DNA of 64,000 bases from Cirrosporium novae-zelandiae. Its lineage: Eukaryota. A program made the translations under genes and the position numbers. Each line of letters opens with the position of its first letter. The first letter of the stretch is position 1. Below are positions 36,759 through 48,300 of the stretch, piece after piece. The stretch spans positions 62,001-126,000 of the forward strand of contig JAPETS010000020.1 of NCBI GenBank assembly GCA_026023565.1, written 5' to 3'. The notes beneath the pieces are model-generated. The model was not told the origin of the DNA and did not search any database. It worked only from the letters and a program-made list of their open reading frames with translations.

Positions 36759-36850
36759 TGCATCTGATGAAAAACCGTCATACCGCTAAGCTAGAGTCTT
36801 TGACCCTTCGGGGAGTGAAACTCAAATTGCACACGTCAGTCTGAATTGCA
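36759..36850 (+). ncRNA. snR78: Box C/D snoRNA, snR78/snR72 double guide (25S Um2421 and Am876, yeast numbering)
   Basis: C box TGATGA 36765-36770. Guide AGCTAGAGTC before D' TTGA is antisense to 25S GACUCUAGUU. Guide CACGTCAG before D box CTGA (36841-36844) is antisense to 25S CUGACGUG. TGCA terminal stem. Confidence 0.8.
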
Positions 36851-37010
36851 GCTGTACACAATGCTTCATTGCCATTACTTTGTTGCATTTCGTGATTGCT
36901 AACCTCAATCATAGTTTCTATTACCATGGCGGAAGCATAAGCCAAGATGCCTCCCTTGACCTTCGTTTGAAGTAAGATTGACTCTTTTCCACTTATTATA
37001 TATTGCACCT

Positions 37011-37103
37011 AAGCAATGATGATTATTCGTATTATATACGCTGGAAATTACCGACTGAGATCTTCGGATCATCGACGATAACTATTAGGCTATTACTGAG
37101 CTT
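37011..37103 (+). ncRNA. snR77: Box C/D snoRNA snR77 (18S Um578)
   Basis: C box ATGATGA at 37016. Guide GCTGGAAATTACCG is antisense to 18S CGGUAAUUCCAGC with one bulge. D' CTGA at 37055 gives a U by the +5 rule. D CTGA at 37096, AAGC/GCTT stem. Confidence 0.9.
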
Positions 37104-37254
37104 ATCTATCTATATTGACTTGACACATTGAATTTGTGGATCATTAGCTAACTGTTTCGAAGACGATGTTAAGGAAGCTTTTGATTATATGAAACCCCTT
37201 CATAGGTACGACTCTTCTATTCTTCGAAGAACACTTTTCATGTCGTTTGGTACT

Positions 37255-37358
37255 AAAAGATGAATGGCACTGGGCTCCGACAGCTCGGCAAAGATCGAGT
37301 CTGGTTATGACGGATATGCCCTATCATGGCAGGCCTAGAAAACCTCGCCTACTGATCC
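37255..37358 (+). ncRNA. snR76: Box C/D snoRNA snR76 (25S Cm2197)
   Basis: Variant C box AAGATGA at 37257. Guide GGCACTGGGC is antisense to 25S GCCCAGUGCU. D' CCGA at 37277 gives a C by the +5 rule. D CTGA at 37352. Confidence 0.82.
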
Positions 37359-37545
37359 TACACCATACTTCCTTTAGACTTCTCTGGAGCCGTACATTAC
37401 TCTGTCTAATATGTTGACTCCAATAGGTTTCCAAGATGACTAGCAATCTCAGAGAGACCAGCTACTAGTCTTCAACTCCTTAGTTGATAAAGTGATCCCC
37501 TGTAGTTGAAAAGGTAGAAATTGCCCTCTTTCATACCTCGTTCCT

Positions 37546-37632
37546 CATATGATGACTACCTAGATGACGAGTCTTATTCGGGTTTCCGATGCAGACAACA
37601 TATTTTTAATACCATTCATGCAAAACTGAAAC
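37546..37632 (+). ncRNA. snR75: Box C/D snoRNA snR75 (25S Gm2288)
   Basis: C box ATGATGA at 37549. Guide TAGATGACGAG is antisense to 25S CUCGUCAUCUA. A second antisense element CCATTCATGC lies before the D box CTGA at 37626. Confidence 0.9.
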
Positions 37633-37960
37633 TTGAGAAAATTCAATGAATACTTATATTTTTGTTAATTTTGGGCCTACGCTAACTCTTCTACCTTCAA
37701 GCCTTAGCCATGAATTTATTTTCTCTGCCCTCCAAGATCTCATTCAACTAGAGTCTATTCACCATAGGCGTCGATGTTTGGTTCTTAGCCACTTGGCATA
37801 GACGAGAATCTCGTTCTTCAGTCAAACCGTGGTTCCTTGGTCTTGGCCTTTGAATAAATTTGCTGGTTTTGTCTGTACCTCCTTGCTTATCGAGCGAATA
37901 TTTGGGCCCTGAACTATGCTTGTAAGTATATTCTCTGTCTGTCTTCGAATGTTTTCTTTT

Positions 37961-38045
37961 TGGATGATGATTTCAACAAAAAACGACAAGCATATGTCCA
38001 AGCCAGTCTTTGACTGTCGAAGACGATACCTTTTTGTCCTGACTT
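37961..38045 (+). ncRNA. snR74: Box C/D snoRNA snR74 (18S Am28)
   Basis: C box ATGATGA at 37964. The 12-nt guide GACAAGCATATG is antisense to 18S CAUAUGCUUGUC, and +5 from the degenerate D' gives A28. D CTGA at 38039. Confidence 0.9.
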
Positions 38046-38433
38046 GATTTGCCATACCTTGGATTTCTTTACCATAGCTTTGACAAGTTATGCTAATTCT
38101 AGCAGGGCCCGAGGATACATACAGATTAATAATCGTTGCGAGCTATTTCGCCGTTCAAGCATCATTTACGCTCTTGATGACTTGGCAATCGATCCTTCAT
38201 CCTTCGATTATTCATCTTAAGGTTCCCGGAAGTTTATTCTCCCCTGCTTTATCATGAAGCGGGACATGGCGGAGAAGGTTCAAGGGTCCAGCCATGGTAC
38301 CTACAGCTCAACCAAATCATACTCAAAGCATGCATTATATCATGTTCTCGAAGGCGGGCAGGATTTGCATATGCTCAGTTATTGCGTAAGTGCCATCATA
38401 CATCCATCACGTTCATCTCCCACCACGAAAGTT

Positions 38434-38525
38434 TCAATGATGATTTTCTTATTTTATCTCACGACGGTCAACATAGCTTCTTAGCATTGATGAGATTCGC
38501 CCTTGACCGGGCGTCGATCTGACAT
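38434..38525 (+). ncRNA. snR73: Box C/D snoRNA snR73 (25S Cm2959)
   Basis: C box ATGATGA at 38437. The 13-nt guide TCTCACGACGGTC is antisense to 25S GACCGUCGUGAGA. C' TGATGA at 38488, D CTGA at 38519. Confidence 0.9.
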
Positions 38526-39735
38526 ATTCAGTTTTACAATATGACTCTACCCTTAAGCTTAACGTCTTAGTCCAGTCACTAACAATTTATGCTTCAAGTA
38601 GGACCTTGTTTTCCGAAAAGGTATTGGCGCGGAAGAGTCCACTTTGACATCGTGTCACGACTCATTTGATTTATCTTTCAACGCGAGAGGTGTCGATGAT
38701 GCTTGTGTATCCTTGGATGTACTTGGTACTTCTAGTGTCGTCAACGTATGATACCATGTTTGCTTTGCCCTTGTGAGTAGAAATAGCTCTTGCAAAGTCC
38801 TTTCGGTTCCAAGTCCGAGATGTTTGGAGGGTTATAGAGCCTGGTAGTGAAAACAAGGTTCGGCGAATAGTTTGGCGAGGGGATGGAAGCATTGAATGTG
38901 GATCTTATGTTATGGCGGTCAGTTAGTCATTAGGCTACGTCGTATATGGTGAAATTGAATCAAATATAGGAATCACCAATTGTAAATTAGCCGATGGTAT
39001 TTCTGGAAGCTTTGGGTTCGGTGGACTTCATGTAAAGTAGTGGGTGTTGACCTATGTTGTAGTATTTTATTTTTTGCAATGTGAGCAGAGTCAGAAAGCG
39101 GGATAGTGTTGAATAAGAATTGAAATGGTGGGGATTAATAATAGGAATCATAGGAGGAGCTAAATATGCCAAGCTCATGCCAAGCTCCAGCGGCGCTTAC
39201 ATGAAGTGATGAAAGCTTGGATGCATGAAAAGGACTGATGTGATTCGACGACGATCTTTTTATGTTGCCATTAATAGAATAACCCTATGTGAGCCTAAGG
39301 CCAGCATTGGGGTGATAGCGCTGCCACTAGAAGTAGCAACACCAAATACAGCAAGTCTTGACAAGCACAGGGCTGCAAGCACAACAGTTTTTACTGTTTT
39401 GCTACTGTCGCTCGTACAAACCAAACTCCTACCCCTCCATCCCTCTAACCAAGCCTGCAGCCTCCAGAGCCAACCCAATGACAAAACTTTGTTGGCCTGC
39501 ACTAGAAGCCATGCCCCAGTCTCTGGCGCGTCAACTTTCATTCGCTCGAGAGCCAAGATTCCTGGTCGCACATGCAGACTTCCTGACTTCTTATGAAGTT
39601 TGGGATATCTCTTTTCAACTTTCTCGATGTTTCCGTGTTTCAGGGCTTCTTTACTGCGGCCACACGGCGCCAACCCCCCCAATTGAACTTGACGAGGAGC
39701 GATAGCCTCCTTGCAGATAACATATCTAATATGAG

Positions 39736-42700
39736 ATGAGCCCTCAATACTCCTCTGCTCCTCTGCGAGCACCAAACGACCACCACCCTCAACACCGTCG
39801 TCGCCATCTTCAGCCTTTGGCCGTGAGGACAACTTCCCTCGGTGGGCCGCAGTATCAGGGCCTTGGAATTGGTTTGAACGATCAAACTCCCAATTCTACC
39901 TCTTCACTGAGCAGTCCCTTTTCCCAAAATACTAATTCCTCTTACACTGCCTCACCGGGAGGATTTTCGAGAGGAACGTCCCCCATGGCTGCCCGGTCAT
40001 CACTCTCCTTCAGCTCCCTCAGCACTCCATATAATCCTCAGGAATGGGGACCTGTTGGAGTGGGTGGACCTAATCCTGGAGCGGGGCCTGCCCCCTCTAC
40101 CAGACATTCCACGCAGTCAATGAGGTCAATCTCTGCTACTGTTGATAATTCTAGAGCAGAAGGTATATCATCTTTAGTTTATACTATTTATGCCCGAAAA
40201 AACATCTGTCTGAGTCATTGAATAATAATTAATATTCTCTGTATCGTTCTAGAAGGACTTAGTTCCCCTCCGCCTCCATATTCTCCCCGAAGGTCACTTC
40301 CGAGTCAGCCATCTACTGCGCCAAGCAGTACCATGATCTCACCTTCGGATGTCATCTCACCTACGACTAATCCATCACAATATCAAACGCCCGTTACATC
40401 CGCATCCATCGTTTCCTCTCCAGAAAATGTAACATCCCACAGGTTCCGGCCACTTCGTCCAAGACCGCAGTCCCTCATACTTCCCTCTCATGACGTTCCA
40501 CCGGGGCGTGCTTCTCCCCTTCCGCCGCCCCCGCCACCCCAAAACAATAACTCTCGTGCTTCTTCAAGGAATACGGGTGATAGGAGACAGAGTGCATTCA
40601 ATATCCAAAATCTTGCTTCAAGATTACGGGACCAATCACAACCTCCTGCTATTAAGCAGCTTCAACAGAGTACCGTTGAAGCACTAGCTTCAGCCCCAAG
40701 AGATCAACTTTCTATACCCATGGATCGTCCACCAGCTTCTAGAAGAGCGGCTTCCACCGGAGATATTAACACTCTCCAAGGATATCCCGCTGTCCGTGAT
40801 ATTAGCAGTCGCTCTCCAAGCGGCCGGGCATGGGAACCCGGGATGCCACTTCCTCCCCCACCCCCTGGACCTCCGCCTAATGCAAGAACTCAAAGTGCAA
40901 GATCAACTACTGAAGATGACTCTACAAAGCAATTCCCTCTAGCGCACCCTATTCCCAAATCTCGCCGTTCTAATATCCTAGGAGGAACACGACTTGAGAC
41001 GGTGCCACCTACTCCTGCCGATTGGGTTGATGAGGATCTTGGCCCATCCAATAGATGGCTTGGACAACGATCAACACCAGTACCAGTAAACGTGCAGAGT
41101 ATACCACGTACTAGGAGCCCACTAGCTCAATCCACCATAACAAACGAAGATGGTTCAATGGAGCGCACAAGGTCGGATTCAAGCGCATCTGGCCTATATC
41201 GCAGTTCAGCAATCAGGGACCCTAATGCCAAAGGAATTCGCGAACGAAGAACCGAGAGCCGTCATGGAAAAGAAAGGGCGGTTGAGCCGCAGGAGAGCCT
41301 AATGGAAGGCATTAATTCATTCCTTCGCGGGGAGGATATACGGCCAGCAGACTTAGATCTATCTTATGCAGATCCTAAAATATCTCATCGAAGAGCTTCG
41401 ACGAGATCAAATATGAAAAGCAACGAATTACTAGAACAGGGATTGTCTAGCAGTTCAACCAGGAGATCAGGTGGAAACACCTCAAATGATGGTTCTTCAA
41501 AGTCAACCCCCAGACCAGAATCCTCATCTCGAAGCGGCACTCGAAGGACACCGGTTCCAACCCCACCCTTCTCCCCAGAACACGAGTCTTTTCGACTTTC
41601 CAAATTTCCTATAGGTCCTTCTCCGACCCTACCACCAAAGGCTCTTCCAACACCACCTATCCAACATGGCGGAGAGTATGGTCCTCCTACTTTGGCTAAA
41701 ATTGACACTGGAACGAGAGAAAGGCCAATATCTCACATATTGCATACCCCGATCTCAGAAACCTCCATACAAGCGCCGCTTATACCATCAAGACCACAAT
41801 CTTCACGATCGGCTCATACCCAGGAATCTCCGAGTCAGCAGACGGAGAACGATGCATTTTGTCGTGAGGCTATCGACCGCTACCGAAACTTCCTCAAGAA
41901 GGAGACTTCTGAAAATGACGATCGTCAACGTCTGCAAGTCTTTGTTGATTTTATTATTGCAGAGTCAAGAATTCGCCGGGAGCGGTATGGTAGAGTTTTT
42001 GAAGATACCAGCTTTGATGTTCATGAGCTGCTTGGTGATCTATTCGAGTTGAGAAAGAAAAGAAGACCTTCATCCAATGAGTATAAAGACTTTTCATCCA
42101 AAAACCCATGGTCCCAAGATCTTGCAGATGACAAGGACCAAATGCTTTCAGCGACAGTTTCGTCAGACACTTCCCAAGGCCAGGATCCTAATACAGAGCC
42201 TTCCTCACCAGCCCATAGCCAGTCCATACCTCATTCTCGACCAGAATCAGGTTTCTGGACTGGCTATATGCCGTCACTATCCCCTATTGCAAGTTTAAGT
42301 ATTAGCACAGGGCGGGATGAAATGGACTCCAGAGGACGTCCTCCTAGTCGATGGTGGGAAAGCAGTCATCCAGGATCTACGAGCGATGGTAATGGGAGAA
42401 GAGTGGAAAGAACAAAAAAGGAAACCAAATATATGAGCTTATGTCAAGAAATTCGCGAAGGATGGGCAGGCGAAGAACAAGGACAGATGTCTCTGACTAG
42501 AGACCAAGGAGGAACAAATTCTAGCTTTTATTCCACTTATGGGCCGGACGAATATCCACCTGAAAAGGGTGGTGTTCCAGAGGCCCCTTCTTTTCCTGCA
42601 GGCTTCGTCGACTCTCCACCACCATTCACTCCTGAGACGCTTCCTCCACCTCCAGAAATCCCGAAACTAGACGTATCTCGGCTTGTAACGCTTCCTCCAC

Positions 42701-43965
42701 CATACCCACGTCACTATCCTGCCGTCAATAACAACCACCCTGACCTCGTTTCGATCAGGGGCGTTGTCCGAACGGTTACGAATTTCGACGAGGCCAATGA
42801 CATAAAAAATCAATATCACGCCGCCATGGCATCTCGCCAAGAAGAGCGCCATCGTGAATCTTCCTCCCGCCGTAACACCTTTCGAACCTCTATCCACCAA
42901 AGAGTAGCTTCAGGTGATATAAGTTTCTCAGACGCCGCCCAGGCTGAGTCGATCCTCCTTGATGATGAACAAGCTCTCGAGCGCAAACTCGCGCAATCCG
43001 ATTTTGACGCATATCAATCCACTGTTATAACACCACTCTACAATATCTTCACAGAGCGTATCGAAACCATCACCTCCTCTTTCAACATGCTTTGCAACCG
43101 CCTCTCCATAGACGCCCAGCAGCCCTCCTCAGACCTCACACAGGAAGAAGGGGACGAGCAGCCGGAACTACTAGAAAAACTCACCCTCCTCAAATGGCTC
43201 TTCGAAGCCAGAGAACAGCTACATCGCGAGAGCTACGACCTACTTTCAGAGCGAAACAGCAAATACCAAGACCTCGTCACCCTCCCCTACCGACAAACGC
43301 AAAACCAAGAAAAACTACGCGATGCCCAAGCCTTCTTCGCGTCAGACGACATGACGCGAAAACGCAAATTCCACCAAGATGCTCTGACACGCTTCACCTC
43401 CTTCGCTACCACAATTGAAGAAAACGTAACCCGGGGTGTCGAAGTCCACCTCTCTGCCTTCTGGGACATTGCACCCCCACTCTCAGAACTCCTCTCAAAA
43501 ATCCCTGACGACGGCACCAACAACAGCCTCACCAACTTCAAAATCCTCGTCCCCCCAAAAGAACTCGGAGAAAATCCAAGCTACGCCCAGTGGCCTCTAC
43601 GGTACCTCTACGAGGTGGTCGAACACGCCGGAAAAAGCACATACCAGTACGTCGAATCGCAAATAAACCTTCTCTGCCTCCTCCACGAGGTACAATCAGG
43701 ACTCGTGAAATCCAGATGCGAGTTGCTGAGGCTAAATAATGACGGGCAAGCGGGGGGCAGCACGGTGGGTGTGGATGTGGAAGGTGTGAGGAAACGGGAA
43801 GAGGAAAAATTGACCAGGGAGTTGAAGGAGAAGGTTGTTGTGGCGGAGGATCTGTGGAGGGATGGGCTGGGGGAGATTGTGGAGAGGGTCAAGGGGAGGG
43901 TTAGGGCGTGGTTGGTTGAGAGGGGAGCGTGGGTGGGGGATGAGGAGGGGGTTGGGAGTCTTTGA
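39736..43965 (+). CDS. Uncharacterised ~1379-aa protein: disordered S/P/R-rich N-terminal two thirds, helical/coiled-coil C-terminal domain
   Basis: Exons 39736-40162 and 40253-43965 splice in frame. Poly-Pro tracts, two PPxY motifs, and an ordered C-terminus (EEGDEQPELLEKLTLLKWLFEAREQLH). Confidence 0.85.
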
Positions 43966-44456
43966 TTTATTGATTCATTCGTTAGGATGGGGTGGGATTG
44001 TATGTGGGTGCATGAATTGAGTTGAGAATGCTTGGAGATGAAATCAAGACTTTTTTTAGCCTTTTTGGCCTTTTTTTGGGGTTGGAGTGATATGATATGG
44101 ATGACATGGATGAATTAATCGAATCATGTTGGATGTTGGATATCTATATTTCCTTCCTTTCTAATTTCCTCACTTTCTATTTTCTTTCTTCAAGAAATTT
44201 GATACCCGAACCTGGATCCCGATGCCCTCTTCTATACTCACGCATGCATGCTTGGATGTACGCACGATATGATATGATATTTATAAGATGTGATGTGAAT
44301 GTGATGTGGTATAATGCTCTAGATATGGAAATACCTATTTACCTAGACTACCTACTATAAGTACCCTTTTTCTTTCGTACCTGTACCTAATTTAGGGAGG
44401 GTAGGGTAGGGTAGGGTAGAGGTAGAGGTATTGGACATCGACCGATATACAAACTA

Positions 44457-44976
44457 CTGTGTGGGTGTTGCAACATGAAAAGGAACCACCACCTCGTTTA
44501 ACATACCGAAGACCATCCATAAAAACCACCAATTTCCCCAAAATTCAGAAATAATTTTTTTTTTATTTTTCCCGACAAGAATAGATTGAGCGAGCCTGAT
44601 CGTCAGATAAGTTCATTAAACCAAATTTATTAATTAACAAATGTAAGGGTTTCTGTTACGGATGCCAAGCAACATCCACGTGACATCATGTGACCTATGG
44701 TCACATGACCCACTGTACCAGTTATACACCTAGATTGAGCCTCCCTGAGCCCCATATCCTAGGCGTCGTAACAATTTCTCTAGTATTTTAAGCCCCCAGA
44801 ACAATGCTTGTAGATAACTTATGCAAAATTAATGACAAATTTCTTATAGATATTGGATAAATATAGTATCATCAAAAATTTAAAAAATATTTTAATTGAT
44901 TTTTGGAGAATTGACTGTTCGTATGGTCTTTGGTGTGTTAAACGAGGTGGTCCCTCTGATGTTGCAACACCCACAG
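44457..44976. mobile_element. Non-autonomous Tc1/mariner-type element (MITE), ~520 bp
   Basis: Imperfect terminal inverted repeats of at least 55 bp (CTGTG(TG)GGTGTTGCAACAT..ACCACCTCGTTTAACA..AAGACCAT), flanked on both sides by TA (44455-44456, 44977-44978). No transposase ORF. Confidence 0.88.
44654..44773. mobile_element. Short solo LTR nested in the MITE
   Basis: TGTTACG...CGTAACA termini, 5-bp flanks GTTTC/ATTTC (target duplication with one transition), internal CACGTGAC and GTCACATGAC motifs. Confidence 0.75.
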
Positions 44977-45318
44977 TATGCTTTTTATAAATATATGAAA
45001 TTGTGTACGTGTGTGATCTTCTATACATCTCATTTATTTTCTTCTTTCACGCATTTCTTTCTATAATTCAATCCAACATGTTAAGGAAAATAAAAAAAGC
45101 CCAAATTCACGAACAATACCCAATGCGCAGCAAAGGCGAGTGTATCCACACACGCCCAAGAAGAACAAAAGGAATTAAAAATAAAAATAAAAATGGCAAA
45201 AGGAAAAAATAAAATGAAAGTTGGGGTTTGTATGTATTATGTATGATTAGCCTTGTCCTTTCTTTCATTCTTTTACTTTGCTTATTCAGATCAAAGCACT
45301 CCTGACAGCACCACAGCT

Positions 45319-48300
45319 TCACTCGGGAGCCTTGGCACTCTTAGTCTTTTTACTTCTCAATTTCATAAGCACAAAAACCAACGCATAACTCGACACGCAA
45401 AATATGGCCGTAATTCCAATATCCCTCCACCCGGAGGACTTTTTAGTAATATTCAACGTCTTCAAATAGTCAGACCCTTTGCTGTATTTGCAGAATTCGC
45501 ATTGAGAGGGGGCGGTGACAGAGGGGTCGACGATGTAGCCGCTGCTTGTGGAGAGAAATGCGGTGAGGTATTCGCCGCAGGTTTGGTTAATGGGGGGTAC
45601 GAAGCGGGCGAGTTCCGAGGTCGTGCATTTTACGGTTTTGTCCCACACGGGGCCAGTGAGGAGGCCGCCCATTAAGTACTACATGTGAGTGTTAGTTAGG
45701 GGAGGGTTATATTGAGGGAGACTACTAACATTGAAAGGGTTGATCCAGTATACCCAATGACGCCAGAAGGATATTATTGCAGAATAGGGGACGAGGACAC
45801 CGCAGAAGGATATCAAAATGGACATCAACAAGGGGGTAGTGAGGGAAGCGAAATATTCGTTAGGAGCGTAGGCTGAGATGAATTGACCGATGCCCGTGTA
45901 CAGGAACTCGAAGAGAACCATTTGGAGGAAGAGGGGTCCTGCGATGGAAGAATCATTGGGGAATCCCACGGTGTAGTACCAGCAGACAAAGTAGAGCACA
46001 GCGCAGATGATCAGGTACGGCACCTCAGCCACGGTAAGCCCGAACACAAATGCCTTCCAGGAATACATTTTGGATTTCTTTTCGCGGGCTTCGAAGATGT
46101 CCCGCCGGTGAAGGAAGAGGGGCTGGAGCTGGTTGATTACGCCGGGGGAGACGAATATGAAGGTGAAGACCGTAAAGAGGACGTTTTTTAGATCTGCGAC
46201 ACTGCTGCCAAGTTTCCAGAAAGAAAACCCGTTTAGGAGCGCCCCAGCAATATGAATTGTGAATTTGTTGAAGATATAATCGTTGTTGCGGAAGAGGGCC
46301 GCCGATGTTCGCTTTAGGACCAACTTGCATTGATACCATAGGGGCATTGAGTACTCATGTCCATCTTCACCTACTGTTGGGGGACGAGAGAGACAGTCTT
46401 GTTTCAGATGTTCTAGTTCCTGGCAGACCTGAGTATATTCTGGAGATGAGAGCCAGATCTTATTCCAGTCTTTCCCTTGACTCGCATTTCCTGAAACAAC
46501 GTCGATCATATGTTCAGCTGGGTTCACATCAGGAGGGCAAGAAGCACCGTAGCGTGCGAAGTAGGATTTGAGTATAGACGATTTGTCTCCTGTTTCACCG
46601 AAATATACAGTCTTTCCGCCTCGAGCGAGAAGTAGGAGATTATCGAATTGTTCAAAAAGGGACTGGGAAGGTTGATGGATAGTGCATAGAACACTTTGTC
46701 CAGCTTCGGCTAGCTTGCGCATGAAACGGAGTGTGTTGAAGGCGCTCTGACCATCGAGGCCAGAAGTTGGCTCGTCCAAAAAGATGACAATTTCAGGCTT
46801 TGCGGCTAATTCCACTCCAATCGTAACTCGCTTCCTTTGCTCAACAGTTAAGCCGGCTCCAGGAACTCCAATTATAGCATTCTCAATATCTCCCATCTCA
46901 AGAAGATCCAGGATGATATTGACATAAGCGATCTTCTCCGCTTCTGGGACAGTCCGGGGCTGGCGGAGAAGGGCAGAAAATTCTAGAGCTTCTCGGACGG
47001 TAGCAGTATTTTCGTGAATATCAAGTTGCTCACAGTATCCCGCAGATCGTTGAAAACTAATTGTTGGTGGCCGACCGTCAATGAGAATTTCCCCAGTAAT
47101 CTCTCCTTCATCTTTACGCTGAGCTAAGACGTCAAGCAAAGTTGTTTTTCCGGCGCCGGAACTGCCCATCAATGCTGGATTTAAGATCAGTAATTACTCT
47201 AAGCTCTCATTTCGGTATAGCAGCAAGCTACTTACCAGTAAGTTGACCTGGTTTCACCCAGCCTTTCACATCATCTAGCAATTGTTTCTTGCCTCCTGGG
47301 ACATTCACCGTGTAATTCAGCTGATCCCACATGAAAATGGCTTCATTGCGAATCAATTGCGGTTGACCGACTGCTTGCTTTTGGTTGTCTTTTTTGATTA
47401 GAGCTTTCAATTTCCGGACAAACCATGGCGCAGGTCGTCGATAAACCAACGAGGCACCGGCATGTAGGTCCCTCTGCCTTTCCATGCCAATCATCGTCAA
47501 TACCACGAAGAAAATCCAGAACCCAATTATGATACCGAAGTTCCGCCATAGGTGGGAGTACTGATATTTATAACTGAGTTTCAGATAGGCGTCACCATCT
47601 ACTATCAATGTACCATCAATAGCACCAGGTACGCCACAACCTTTATTCTGATCACCAGGGTATGAGGGGCCTTGTGGAATTAAGGAGTCTCCAGCACATG
47701 TAAAATTCGTGTTATGGAACTCATTTACCATCAACGCTTCGTAACCATAGTCTTTTCAGACACATGTTAGCATCAGCCATAAAGATCAGAAATCGGGAAA
47801 AAACAACACATACGCATTGGGTTGAGCCAGTATAACCAACTTAACCAGGGGTGCATGGACGGCTTTGGAATTATGAAGCCAGTGTACATAACCAGTATAG
47901 ATAGCCCAGTACCCGCGAGTTCTGAGGCCTTGTCAAAGGTAGAAACACCCGCTGCAACCATGCGGAAAAAGGCATTCATGCATAGAGACCCCACGAATAT
48001 AATGACTGTCGATATTCCGTTGTAAGCATACGTCTTGCGACTTCTGATAAGAGAAGGATGATTGTTAACTCACGGTAGAAAATGAAAAAGTTTCCGGCGT
48101 TAACTTTGAATCCACACATAAAGTAAAGGACCAAGCTGAAATGAGACAGCTGGAAGAGCATCAATGGGACATCTGACAAGACCTGGGAAATTGCGAGAGC
48201 GGCTGGCCGATAAAATGCGAACTGTTTATGTTTAATCATGATCGGACGGCTAGAGAAGCTCTCTGTAACTTCAGCCATACCTAATAGAGCGTTAAAAAGG

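Larger units (their letters stand above)
36640..38700 (+). ncRNA. Spliced non-coding snoRNA host gene (snR78-snR73 cluster)
   Basis: Six GT..CTAAY..AG introns (36726-36914, 36972-37162, 37206-37426, ~37514-37701, 37922-38105, 38386-38601), each holding one C/D snoRNA. The exons have no coherent ORF. Transcript ends are approximate. Confidence 0.85.

Noticed and set aside
38602..39200. Search for a separate snR72 after snR73
   Set aside because: No GATTTGCACGTCAG-type guide with C/D boxes is present.
39260..39832. 190-aa minus-strand ORF
   Set aside because: Antisense to the leader and first exon of the large gene; no motifs.
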